A stretch of DNA of 64,000 nucleotides from positions 158,474,001-158,538,000 of the forward strand of contig NC_058368.1 of NCBI RefSeq assembly GCF_018350175.1, in the 5' to 3' direction. The notes under the pieces are model-generated. The model saw only the letters and a program-made list of their open reading frames with translations, had not been told where the DNA came from and ran no database searches. Every line of letters starts with the position of its first letter. Position 1 is the stretch's first letter. The translations under genes and the position numbers were made by a program. This DNA comes from Felis catus. Taxonomy: Eukaryota. This document shows, piece by piece, positions 9,536 through 21,099 of this stretch.

Positions 9536-12500
9536 ATGGTCAGTAGGAAGAGCACATCAGATGTGGGCATGAAGTCAGCAAAGCTCAGGTCAAAGTCCTG
9601 GATATTTTGTCTAAAACAGTAAGAAGCCTCAACAAATCAACCAGCACAGATGCCTGCTCTCAGCTGTTGTTTCTAGCTGACAGATGTATGATGTTGAGGC
9701 AGGGGAAGGCCGGTTCAGTAGGCTATTTAAATGTAGACTTTCTGAATAATGGAGATATGTGGAGATGGAGATACAGATGTATAGACATAGCTGTAATAGA
9801 TTAGCCACACCACAGACTACCTACATTGCCTTAAATCATGACACTCTTTGCTTCTTGGATGTTTTTCTAATCTTGTTATGCAAACTGGAGTTTGCTCAGT
9901 TTTATCTTCAAGGAAACATAGTCAATTCTTTTTTTAAAATTTTTCATTTGCATCTCTTCATCTCGTTGCCTTCTTCTTCCTTCATCTCAGACTGAATAGT
10001 TCATTTGATTTTTACTATTCATGGAAAATCAGAATCAAATTATGAAGTTTAAGGATCAGGAACATAGAGAATTTGTCATCAGATCTCAGATTATTAGAAA
10101 CTAGATGTCAGCGTTTATCAGTGAAGCTGGGAGGGCTGCTTGACTTGAGCCTCACACTCCTAAAGAACGTCAGAGACAACCTTTTGAGGTCATCTCCATG
10201 GGCAATAAAATCTGCAGTCACAAAGGTGCAGGAGAGAAAAATGATGCCTCACTGCTTTAACCCATACACTAACGTATTGTTAATACATCTTTGGAAAATT
10301 GCAAAATTAGACTGTACTGTGTATATTTCTGGTTAACTCATGGTTTAATGTAAATATTTCGATGAATCATCATATTGTATAACCCAGTTTTAGTGTTTCT
10401 TCATATTTTAAGAGAAACTCTTGATCTCTGAAGTGCTTTTCTGGATCCTTCTTTTAATTGTGTTAATAAGGTGTTTGGAATGAAAAAAGAAATAACACTC
10501 TAAATACAGGCAATACATTTAATAAATTCATGTTCCCACGTATGAATCAATATGAAGATATAAACACATTCTGGAAAGATTTGAATCAGTATACAGATGA
10601 TTGACCAATTTGGTCAATTAAGGGAAGCTGGACTATTAAGGCTGGGCTTGTGTGGGGAGGGTGTTATCCATTTTGGAGTGGTAGCTTGAAGCTTTAAGAT
10701 CTTTCTCTGGTTCCACAGGCAGAGACAGGATACAGTTGGGATGGTCCACGGGCATGACCCAATATACATTTTGTTAAGTTTGTTTTCAAATCATTTCTTG
10801 GAATCTTTGAAGCATCTTTGACTCTAGATTTGACTCAGTCATGGTCCTACCATGTGTATAACATGTGATGTCACTCTAGAATTATGTGTACTTTTAAATA
10901 AAGAAACTTAAAAGTAAAGAATATTATTTTCCCCTCCCCAATAATATGTAAATTAAGCAGCAAGTGTGTATGAGTTTTGGTAGATTTGTGCTGTCATATT
11001 TATTTCCATAAAAGTAAAGTCCTTTCCTTTGTATAGTAAGTTATCTACCATAGGTTTCCAAGTTTTTATTCTCTTCCTTGTAGTTCCTTATTTATATGCA
11101 TGTGTAACTTCTCAGGTCCTTAACAATTGAGTACAGAAGTAGATGTAGCAACAGAAGTACCAGTTTTATTATTTGTTGAGAATGAACATGAGAATCACTG
11201 TGCCAATAATGTTTTAACAAATAAGGAGTTTTTTTTTTTAAAGAAGTATATTGTACTTAGTGTGGTATTTCAAAACCTTTATGGTAGATGACAAACCCCC
11301 AACACAAACTAAGACTTGGCTAAAGTTAGTTTTACTTCCTTTCATCCCAAATGAACAAACAAGTTGCAAAAAAAAACTATAGACAAGATCATGAATAGAT
11401 GATGGAGAGAGCATATACAACTCCATACCTCGCTGAATGCCAGCAGAGCCTTGGGAGAATTTTGTGGTGTCTGAACCCCACTCAGAATGAGAAATCTCCC
11501 AGATCATAGGCGCCCAGAACCAATGTCTTGCTTCCTTTTAGGCTTTGTGTAGGAGGGACTTCAGCCCGCAAGAGTCCAGCTTGCCACCATGATAGGAATT
11601 TCTTGTGCTACCTCATGTATATAGTTCTGCAATTCATTCCTTGCTGTGTCATTGGGTATATTTGAGGTTCCAGAGAAGCAAGCAATCAGAGATCTGATTA
11701 TCTGAAGGAAGTTCCTAGGTTTTTGTTTTGTTTTGTTTTGTTTTGAGTGGGGATGGAGGTCATTCCATCCTAACTACAAGAAGGATCTCCAAAGAGACAC
11801 GGAAGCTAGTTTTCCAGTTGAGCATTGTGTCTACCAAACACAAGGTCATTTAAAATGGCCACATTTTTACTTCGCAACATCCTTTACTTAGATTCATTAC
11901 TGGCCTTCTTTCTTCCGTTTAACCATGTGCCACTGTCTTTTATTTCGGCGTGTAATGGTTTACAGCTTTTGTATTTACAGGCTTTAAATCATTTATCTGT
12001 TATATTGTCTGCTTCCTGAAATCTTGATCTCATCAAAGTCATGTTTCCAAATCATAAGGAAGAAATGGTGAAAAATATTATGAAAGAAGTAGGTTAGCTG
12101 GGTTGAAGCACATGTATGTTTTATGTAATCTAATACTTTGATAGTGCCAGATTATCTTCCTGAAAGGGGATGTTAATTCACTTTCTTTTTACTCCTGTAT
12201 CCTGTGCTTGTCAGTACCAAGTGTTAATCTTTTATATCTAGTAACACTTTCCAGTAAAGTACAGCTTCCCCAGATATTTACATAACTATGCCACTGGTCT
12301 CCTTTGATTGTTACTTGCTTGATACATCTTTCTGTATCCTGTTACCTTGAATTTTTCTATATTTAATTTCAGATGGGTCTTTTGTAAACATGCTATACTT
12401 GAATTTTGTTTCCTATTATGTTTCCCATCTTGGGCAAGCTCAGGCTTTCCCATCTGTCCTTTCCACTCTCAAAGGCATAAAAACTGAAGCTTCAGATGCC

Positions 12501-13330
12501 CTCGAGGTGCATACTGACTTCAGCCTTCTGCTTACCCCTCAGGGTTCCTGCCTTCAATTAGTTTTTGATCCATGACTATTTCTCACTGGCTTTCCAAGTC
12601 ATCCATACATTCAAACAATTAAAAAATACATTTTAGTCTACATTTTTAATTATTCTTAGTAAGAAGGTCAGTCAAGGTACCTGGTCTAGCATATTCCCAG
12701 AAGCTATAATAATTTATTTTCCAATGTGCAAATGCCTAACACTTTTACATAAGAGGCTCCTTAGGATGGAAATTGGTTTGCAATATTGACTTCATAGTAT
12801 TGATTTCTCATAAATAAAATTGTGGGATGCCTAACATTGTATCAGGAAGGTAGTAGTATAAACTACTTTGTTCAGGATTTAAATCAGGAAAATCTTCCAA
12901 TATTCATAGGGAGAAATGGCTGGAAATTCTGAGAAATGTAAACTTAACTAGCAAGGTAAAAAAAAAAAAGTGTCTATGTTTCAATCACTTATGCAAACTC
13001 TACTCTGCATCCATAACTCCAAAATCTTTTGCTACTTTTTTCTCTTTATCCAAAAGTTTTCATCTTCTACCATGTTCTCAGGTAAAGTCAGGAAGCCAGT
13101 TCTCTACTCTTGGCACATGATTAATCTCGAGCTTTTAGGTATTTACACATATGATTTCCCACACTTGAAAGTTCATGCCTCCCTCTGTAGAATGATACCA
13201 TATTTCTTTCTTTCAATACCTCATTTCAGGTTCATGCTTCAGTGTAGGAGATTCCCATGCTAATAACACCTGACATGTCCCTGTAGTCATCCAAACAATA
13301 CCTCAGTTACAATACAAACCCCATTTTATT

Positions 13331-13531
13331 TTTTTTCAAAGTTTATTTATTTATTTAGAGAGAGAGAGCAGGGGAGGGGCAGAGGGACAGGGAGAGAGAA
13401 AGAATACCAAGCAGGCTCTGCACCCGCAGTGCTGAGCCTGACATGGGGCTCCAATTCATGAACAGTGAGATCATGACCTGAGCTGAAACCAAGAGTCAAA
13501 TGCTTAACCTACTGAGCCACACAGGCACCCC
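13331..13531 (-). mobile_element. Can-SINE (first of tandem pair)
   Basis: Reverse SINE; TSD tacaaacccca(t/g)tttatt. Confidence 0.92.
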
Positions 13532-13550
13532 CTACAAACCCCAGTTTATT

Positions 13551-13763
13551 TTATTAAAAACATTTTTTTAATGTTTATTTATTTTTAACAGAGACAGAGA
13601 CAGAACGACGGGGGAAGGGCAGAGAGAGAGACACAGAATCCAAAGCAGGCTCCAGGCTCCGAACTGTCCCAACAGAGCCTGACCGGGTTCAAACTCATGA
13701 ACCATGAGATAATGACCTGAGTTGAAGTCAGCTGCCCAACCGACTAAGCCACCCAGGTGCCCC
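13551..13763 (-). mobile_element. Can-SINE (second of tandem pair)
   Basis: Reverse SINE ending ccacccaggtgcccc. Confidence 0.92.
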
Positions 13764-13896
13764 CAAAGCCGGTTTTAAGGTAGGCAGAGTGAATTGTCTA
13801 TGAAAAGACTTAAGGGATACAAAGAATATTATTTCTTGGTTTTAAAACCGTATTTCTCATTAAAAACTGTTTTCTAGCAAACTGAGCTTAGAAATT

Positions 13897-14006
13897 CTTT
13901 TGTTGTTTGTTTATTTTTGAGAGAGACAGAGACAGAGACAGAGACAGGGCACACGCAGGGGAGGGGCAGAGAGAGAGGGAGACACAAATCTGAAGCAGGC
14001 TCCAGG
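13897..14006 (-). mobile_element. 5'-truncated Can-SINE
   Basis: Only the 3' half (tail, GA repeat, gacacaaatctgaagcaggctccagg) is present. Confidence 0.85.
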
Positions 14007-14969
14007 TAGAACTCTGTAACCCTCAAACATGGAAAGAGGCAGGAATGAGGTTTGGGGAACTTTTTTTAAAAGAGAAACACTCTCTTCATGGCACAAGGCT
14101 ATTAGCATATGCTTTTATTTCCTGTCTATTCATGCTCCAGATGTAGGCCTGAAGACTTAGGTAGGAATTTTAGAAGGACAAACAGAGCTTTTTAAGCTGG
14201 CAAGGGGTAAACAGGTACAGATATTCAAGCTGATAAAGATCAAAGGAAAGGTCTGGTCTGAAACAACTATGCACAATTCATGTGAACCAGACAGAGCCCA
14301 CAGGAGTCAGACCCTATGTCCTGCGCAAATTAATTCAACTTACACTCAGGGACTAAATTAGGGTTATTTAAACAACAATGAAAAAGTTGTTGGTTGAGAG
14401 AGAGGCTGGATAGCATTTAAAGGTTTGTATTTTTTTTATTCTTATTCTAACTTGTTCCTTATCTATAGGCAACTGTTATGACACTACTAATTAAAAGCAC
14501 TGTTTTATTTTATTTTTTTCTTTTTCAAAGCACTGTTTTAAAAATAATGTTCTATAGTCCAGGAAAACCACCACCTGGTAGGAAAAGCGTATTATTCTTC
14601 TAGTTTCAGATAACTATTTCTCTGGGTAGCCTAGTTGTTTGGATATTAAGGCCATGGGGAATATACTATTGTCTCCTCCATCTCACTGAGGACCTAGGTA
14701 GAAATAACACCTGCAGTGTTGGCCTTGCAAATCCAAATCTAAAAAATGCTGTCTAAAAAAGGAAACCTCTTAGACTTTTTTTTTTCAAAATACATCTTCT
14801 CTTACCCAGTTGCCTTTTCTTCTGTAATTTCACCATTACAGATCCATTCCTTTGGGCTAGTGAAAGTTAAAGTATTACATTGTAACTCATTAGTCATGCT
14901 TTAGTGTGACTTTTAAATTTTTTTAAATTAATACTTAGTTCTTTATAGCTAGCTGAGAAAAGAGCTCTA

Positions 14970-14971
<2 letters not shown>

Positions 14972-15014
<43 letters not shown>
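14972..15014. repeat. (GA)n microsatellite
   Basis: Perfect GA run. Confidence 0.97.
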
Positions 15015-15019
<5 letters not shown>

Positions 15020-16229
15020 TGAACCTGGGAGAGAGATTGGCGTGGGTGGGTTCGGGAATAAGGGCAATACTCCAGAAAATACTGGTTTGGTAGGAAGCTC
15101 TGGAAGGCAGTATCTGTCACTTACTCAAGGGTGTGGTATACAGATAGCATTTGATAAATATTTGTTGACTGTGTGAAGCAGCACCTAGAAGTGCTGAAGG
15201 AAAATAGAAAATAGAACCTGGTAGAACTCAGAGACACCTACTCATCAATTTTGCCCCAGACTGGGCCTGCTAGTACATATGTATACTTCTGTGTCATTTG
15301 TTATGCATTATGTATATATTCTGTGTGCTTGTCCTGACTGGCTCAATGTGTTGTAAGCACCTTAAAAGCGAAACTGTAGCTCCTGTTCTGTTTTTAGTTC
15401 TCTTTGGTGTTCTGTGCACCATGGGCACTCCACAAATGTTGCTAACTGACAGCCTGTGCTGGCAGCTCTCAGCCAGAGGGAGGAAATAAGCATCTGAGTC
15501 ATCCCAGAGTCAGCCAAGAATCACAGTAAAGTGTAATTTTCTGCATAAATATTACAGTACCTTCTCATGTTCAAAAACAAACAAAAACCTGAAGGACACA
15601 TTTAATGGGAATGAACCTTAGACAGGCTCTGTTTTAGCATAGCTGTTAGAAATAAAGAAAGGAGAAGGAAAACTGAAACAGAATCTTCAGGAGTGTAGAC
15701 ATCTCCCTAGAAAGAGGTCAGTCAAAAATTCCAGCTAGAGATAATTTCTAAAAATACCTTTTGTATCTTCTGACTTTTATAGAAGAGGATCTATGATTGG
15801 TTTTCATAGCCTGGAGCAGGGCCCACCATCTCTGACACTTCCTAGCCTGGCTACGCCCCAGCTGATGCAGGACTTAGATACCAATATCAAAAACTCAGGA
15901 CATCATTATTTTTAATTATCAGATTGGAATATATCAGCATTGTACACATTTTTTGCTTTCGCATTACACTTTGCAGGTCTAAACTTTTTTTTTTGCATGC
16001 AATACACGTGGTATTAAAGTTTCACAATTCACATCTAATAGTAATAGCAAATACATCCTTAGTGCTTTTTTGTACCGGTTTCTGTCCAACGCACGTTTGG
16101 TGTGTTAACTCATCTTTTTCTCACAGTAACCCTAAGACGGTGGTAGCTGTCTCCTCAGTTTACAAAGGAGAAAATAAAGCCCAGGGGGTTAAGCAACTTG
16201 CTACAGTCACAGGGACAATGGTTTTTAGG

Positions 16230-17040
16230 ACATTCTCAGAGTGCATATCAACATGGTCAATTCTAGAACATTTCTTTCTCCCAATAACATGCTTTTATAT
16301 TTATGAACACTCACTTCCCATTCCTCCCTCCCTACAGTCTTAGGCAACCACGAACCTACTTTCTCTACCCGTTTGCCTATTGTGAACTTTTCATATAAAT
16401 GGAATAATGTAATATATGGTCTTCTGTAACTGACTTCTTTGATGAACATTTATGTCGTTTATACTTTTTGGCTATTATGAACAATGCCACTATGAACGTT
16501 AATGTACAAGTGTTTGTATAGATACACATTTTCAATTATTTTGGCTTTATACCTGCAGTGGAATTGTTGGGTCATTTGTTAACTCTATGTTTAGCTTTTG
16601 GAAGAACAGCCAGACTATTTTCCAACACAGCTGTACCATTTTATATTCCCACCAGCAGCGCGTAAAGGTTCTAATTTCTCTACATCTTGGCTGACATTTA
16701 TTACGTCTGCCTTTTTGATTCCAGCCATCCTATGCCTGTGCCTAGCCATAATGTGAAGTGGCATCTCATTGGGGTTTTGATTTGCATTTGCTTAATGGCT
16801 AATGATATTGACCCTCCTTTCATGTGTTTATTGGTCATGTGTATGTCTTCACTGGAGAAATGTCTATTCAGATCTTCTGCTCATTTTTAATTGACTTGTC
16901 TTTTATTCTTGAGTTGCAAGAGTTCTTTATATATTCTTGATACAAGTCTCTTGTGAGGTATATGATTTGCAAATATTTTCTCCCATTTTGTGTGTTGTCT
17001 TTTTACTTCCTGATGATATTCTTTGAAGTCAAATCTTTCT
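16230..17040 (-). mobile_element. Old L1 (L1M-type) 3' fragment
   Basis: Antisense L1 ORF2-end/3'UTR motifs (ggctattatgaacaatgcc, cattttatattcccaccagcag, gagaaatgtctattcagatc). Confidence 0.85.
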
Positions 17041-17073
17041 TGATACTTATCTTCAACTTTGTTAGAAAGATAC

Positions 17074-17512
17074 TGCTATAATGAGTTGAATTGTGCACCA
17101 CCCCCTCCTCCCAAATTCACATGTTGAAGTCATAGCCCTCATTACCTCAGAATGTGACTTTACTTGGAAATAAGATCTTTGTAGATTTAATTAGTTAAGA
17201 TGAGGTCATACTGTTGAAGGGTGGGCGCCTGATCCAGTATGACTAGTTTCCCTTATTAAAAGGGAAAATATGGACTCAGGTGTGCACACAGGGAGAATGC
17301 CACCTGAAGACTGAAGTTACACTGCCACCAGCCAAGGAAGCTAGGATAGAGTCCTGGAAGATATCTTTCCCTGGTGCCTTCAGAGAGAACATGGCCCTGC
17401 TGACTCCTCGATCTTAGGTTTCTAACCTCCAGAACTATGAGACAATACATTTCTGTTGCTTAAGCTACCTAGATTGTGATAACTTTTACAACAGCCTTCA
17501 CAAACAAATATA
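17074..17512 (+). mobile_element. MaLR LTR (MLT1-type)
   Basis: gttgaattgtg..ccaaattcacatgttgaagtc..cctcagaatgtgac; ends ccagaactatgagacaatacatttctgttgcttaagc. Confidence 0.85.
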
Positions 17513-17759
17513 AATGTCCAATTTATTTTTCTATTTTAGTAGTTACTTCCAGATCAGAATTTGAAGTTTAATGATATACCGTTTCTTGGTTTGGAATCCT
17601 GATTACATTGATAAATTATATGCAAAATTACATTGAATTGGGCTCTGTCTTTACTTTTCCTGTGACAAATGCCTTAGGGTTTAAAGAAATTATCAAAATA
17701 TTATTAAAATATATCAGTGTTCATAACCTTCAGTTGACATTTAGACTGCCTGCTTGATA

Positions 17760-18260
17760 TTTTGGTTGCTTAACCCTCCCTTCACCCTTCTGAATAATAA
17801 AAATGATTTTGCCCAAGTCCCCCCACCTCTCCCATATGAAACAGGGAAGTAATCCTAACTCAGCATTCCTAAACTCTACTTTGTGTAAGGAACCATTCAT
17901 AGTAACCCTGTTTTTATTTCTAGTGATTGGTTTAGAAATGTACAAAATGCAGTTTTGGCAATTGAAACCTAGGGAGAATCTTAATGGGGGATTTTTGAGA
18001 AAAGTTTCCTTGCTCTTGAGGAAGACACACCAAAGAAAATATTCCTTCTGCCTTCTCTGATGCAACCCCCTTTTTGTCCACATGACACTCAGTCTTTTGG
18101 AAAATTGTTCACAGAGTAGACAGAATGAGAAGCTGGGTTCTCGGTGAGGTTGGGAGCTGTGACCAGACACTGTTCTATCTCTGCACTTAACATGAGATGA
18201 AAAATTTCCTTGATGTCCATGCTAGTTTGATTCAGCATATTGATTCTTGTAGTTCAAAGC
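17760..18260 (+). mobile_element. Degraded MaLR-like LTR
   Basis: agtgattggtttag..., gagaaaagtttccttgctct resemble old MLT1 LTRs. Confidence 0.45.
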
Positions 18261-18592
18261 ATCTGACTTACTATATAACTGTTCCTTTCTAATAACCTTC
18301 TAGTTTATTTAACTGAATCTTTTTGCTAATGTTTAAGCTCTGCAAGAACTCTGTTGCATAATTATTCTGCTTTCCTTAGTGATCTAAACATTTCTTAATT
18401 TGTTATAGCTTCAAACATCACTAAATGATGCAGAGCATGTGTGTTGCAAATAGGCTAACGGATGTAATGAGACACTGATTCCTCTGGTCCTTAAGTTGAC
18501 TGGGTAGAGTCTGGAGTCACTGGAAACCTCATGGTGGTCACCTTTGTCCTGGAAACAAGCATCATCCTCTGTGTATTCAAGAGCACTGAATA

Positions 18593-18811
18593 GGGGCGCC
18601 TGGATGGCTCACTCGGTTGAGTGTCTGACTTCAGCTCAGGTCACGATCACACCGTCTGTGAGTTCGAGCCCTGCATCAGCCTCTGTGCTGACAGCTCAGA
18701 GCCTGGAGCCTGCCTCAGATTCTGTGTCTCCCTCTCCCTCTGCCCCTCCCCTGCTCATGCTCTCTCTCTCTCTCTGTCAAAAATAAATAAACATTAACAA
18801 AAATTAAAAAA
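18593..18811 (+). mobile_element. Can-SINE
   Basis: TSD aagag(ca/tg)ctgaata. Confidence 0.94.
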
Positions 18812-19784
18812 AAGAGTGCTGAATAAATATCATTTTCAGATTTTTGCACCAAATTAAGGTATTGTTTAGCTTATTTCAGAGTAATTAGAAAAGATATTTA
18901 ATAATGCTAAACATAACGGTCACATGGAATATTAGCAAATTAAATAGGAATATCAATTAAATAATTAATGGAACCATATTCTAGTAGGATGAAGCTAGCT
19001 ATATTTCTGTTGACTACATATCCCTTTTGTGTATTATTGCCAATGACCCTAAGTTTCCTGTGAGAATTGGAAAGCAACCACAAACTCCTGAGCATTGGTT
19101 TAGAACACAGATCACCTGACTTCTAGTCTCTGTCTGCTATGGGACTGTGAATAAATCCTCCAGCCTCTCCAGAATTCATCTTATCCATTAAATTGAGAGT
19201 TGGATTAGTTGATCCATGGCAGACCAAATTCTTTATTTTGATTAAAAAAAATGTTTCTATATCCATTGATTAGCAAATTTGCTGCCTTTTTATAAATACA
19301 TGCTATTTGTTACTCAGGGAGCTTATATTTTTTCCTTTCATGTTATTTATTATATATTATATTTAGTCCTCCAAATTTTTGGTTTTCAAATATTAAATGG
19401 TAGGCAGCAAGAATTTTGAAAATAGTAAATGGGTATAGAAGATAATGTCACACTATCTCCTCTGATAATGAATAATAACTTCATTATAATTTAAAGTATT
19501 ATATCCTTAAAGAAGCAACTCTGGGTAGGAGGAGAAGAGGAAGTTAAAGACTGACACATAATCAATAGCAAATTTGTGAAACTGTGTTCCCTCAAAAAGT
19601 CTTTATGAAGTCAAATGTAAAATGGTATCCAAATAAACAAAAATACCCACAAAGAAATCCCAGAATACAGCAAAACAAAATTTATTATTATTCTTTTGAG
19701 GGTAGGCAGGATTCTGAAATATTTTAGTTGTTCACTTCTTTTACCTCCATTACAAAGCCACAAGTTTTAAATGTCCTTAATGTC

Positions 19785-19793
19785 TGTGTGTAT

Positions 19794-19839
<46 letters not shown>
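19785..19839. repeat. (GT)n microsatellite
   Basis: Long GT run. Confidence 0.97.
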
Positions 19840-19841
<2 letters not shown>

Positions 19842-20227
19842 GAATGGGAGGGATGGGAGGCAAGAGGTTGGCAAAGAGGACAAAGAAATTATTTATCTCT
19901 ATTTCAAAGAAATCTCAGGTAGACATGACCCACCTATATTTGCTACTGCAGTGGTGAAGCATTTTTACCACAAGTCTCTGCAGAATTAAAGTATTTAAGA
20001 CAAAACACAAGATAACGTGTTTCACACTTAAAAGCATGATAGACTCTAGCTTACAGGTAAGGTGAGATGAGGTGATTTGACACTCTGGGGAGTTTTAAAT
20101 ATCTCTGATATTAAGTGCTTTGACTGCAAAAATAACTCCAAAAGAACATGTCATGACCTAAAGTATAAGGATGAGTCTATTTTTCTGAGCAATATAAGAT
20201 GCAGAGTTCTTTTAACAAAATCCGGCC

Positions 20228-20281
20228 CTGCGTATACTATATAATATCTGAGCACTGCGAATACTACATAATATCTGAGCA
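20228..20281. repeat. 27-bp tandem duplication
   Basis: ctgcgtatactatataatatctgagca / ctgcgaatactacataatatctgagca (2 mismatches). Confidence 0.95.
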
Positions 20282-20524
20282 CAGATGGCACCAATCATGT
20301 GGTTCACTTCCTGTTTGGGCTTCTGAAGTGCCTGGGGGAGGAGGCAGCCTAAGGCCTCTGATTATCTTTAACACAGTAGGGAGAGAGCAGCTTTGAGGTA
20401 TCCTAAGATTGACATCTTCTCTGGACTGATCACAAAGACAGCACTCAATACAGAGATGTTCTCTGGCAGAGTTTTCAACATTCCAAGTAAACTAGAACTC
20501 TAACTACCATCGCATCTGTTCACA

Positions 20525-21050
20525 AATTCATTCATAAATTATTTATGGCATACTTATCTTCGGTAGGATACAGCCCTTAAAAGGTAATGACCCTGCAGTC
20601 ATGGAGCTTACACTCTTGAGAAGGAGTTTGAGAATAATGAAACAACAAACAGAAACATTGTTTCAGAGAGTGATGAGTGCTGTGAAGAAAAGAGAAGAGG
20701 GCCCAGTCTTTAGAGAAGACACTATGTGGCTATTTTCCACTGTGGTCAGGTAAAGGCTCTCTGCAGAGGTGACATTTGAGCTGAGACCTAAATGACAAGA
20801 AGATACCAGCAGGCGAAGTACCAGGCAGAAGGGATCCTTCTTGCGCAAGGAACATGCAAGAGGAATAGTTAACAATGCCGGGTAGAATTTGGGGACTTCC
20901 AGGGACTGAAAGAAGGCCTCTGTGGCCAAAACATCGTTAGCAAGTGTAGATGAGGTTCCAGAGTTAGACCAGGAGTTTCACTTTTATTGTATCCATTGGA
21001 GGTTTTAAAGCGTGAGTGGAAAGTGGGTGATTTAGTACAACTGACATTCA
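20525..21050 (-). mobile_element. L2 remnant
   Basis: attcattc...atggagcttacactct...gaggtgacatttgagctgagacctaaatga, typical antisense L2 3' region. Confidence 0.75.
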
Positions 21051-21099
21051 AAAATACAATATTGCACATATATTTCACTTCTCTAAAACCTAATTTCTA

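Noticed and set aside
10204..10526. AATAAA hexamers as the ERAP2 polyA signal
   Set aside because: Common in AT-rich DNA; cannot be assigned without transcript data.
10600..10618. Palindrome attgaccaa-t-ttggtcaat (also caaattggccaatttg at 39417-39432)
   Set aside because: 8-9 bp arms are expected by chance in 64 kb of AT-rich DNA.
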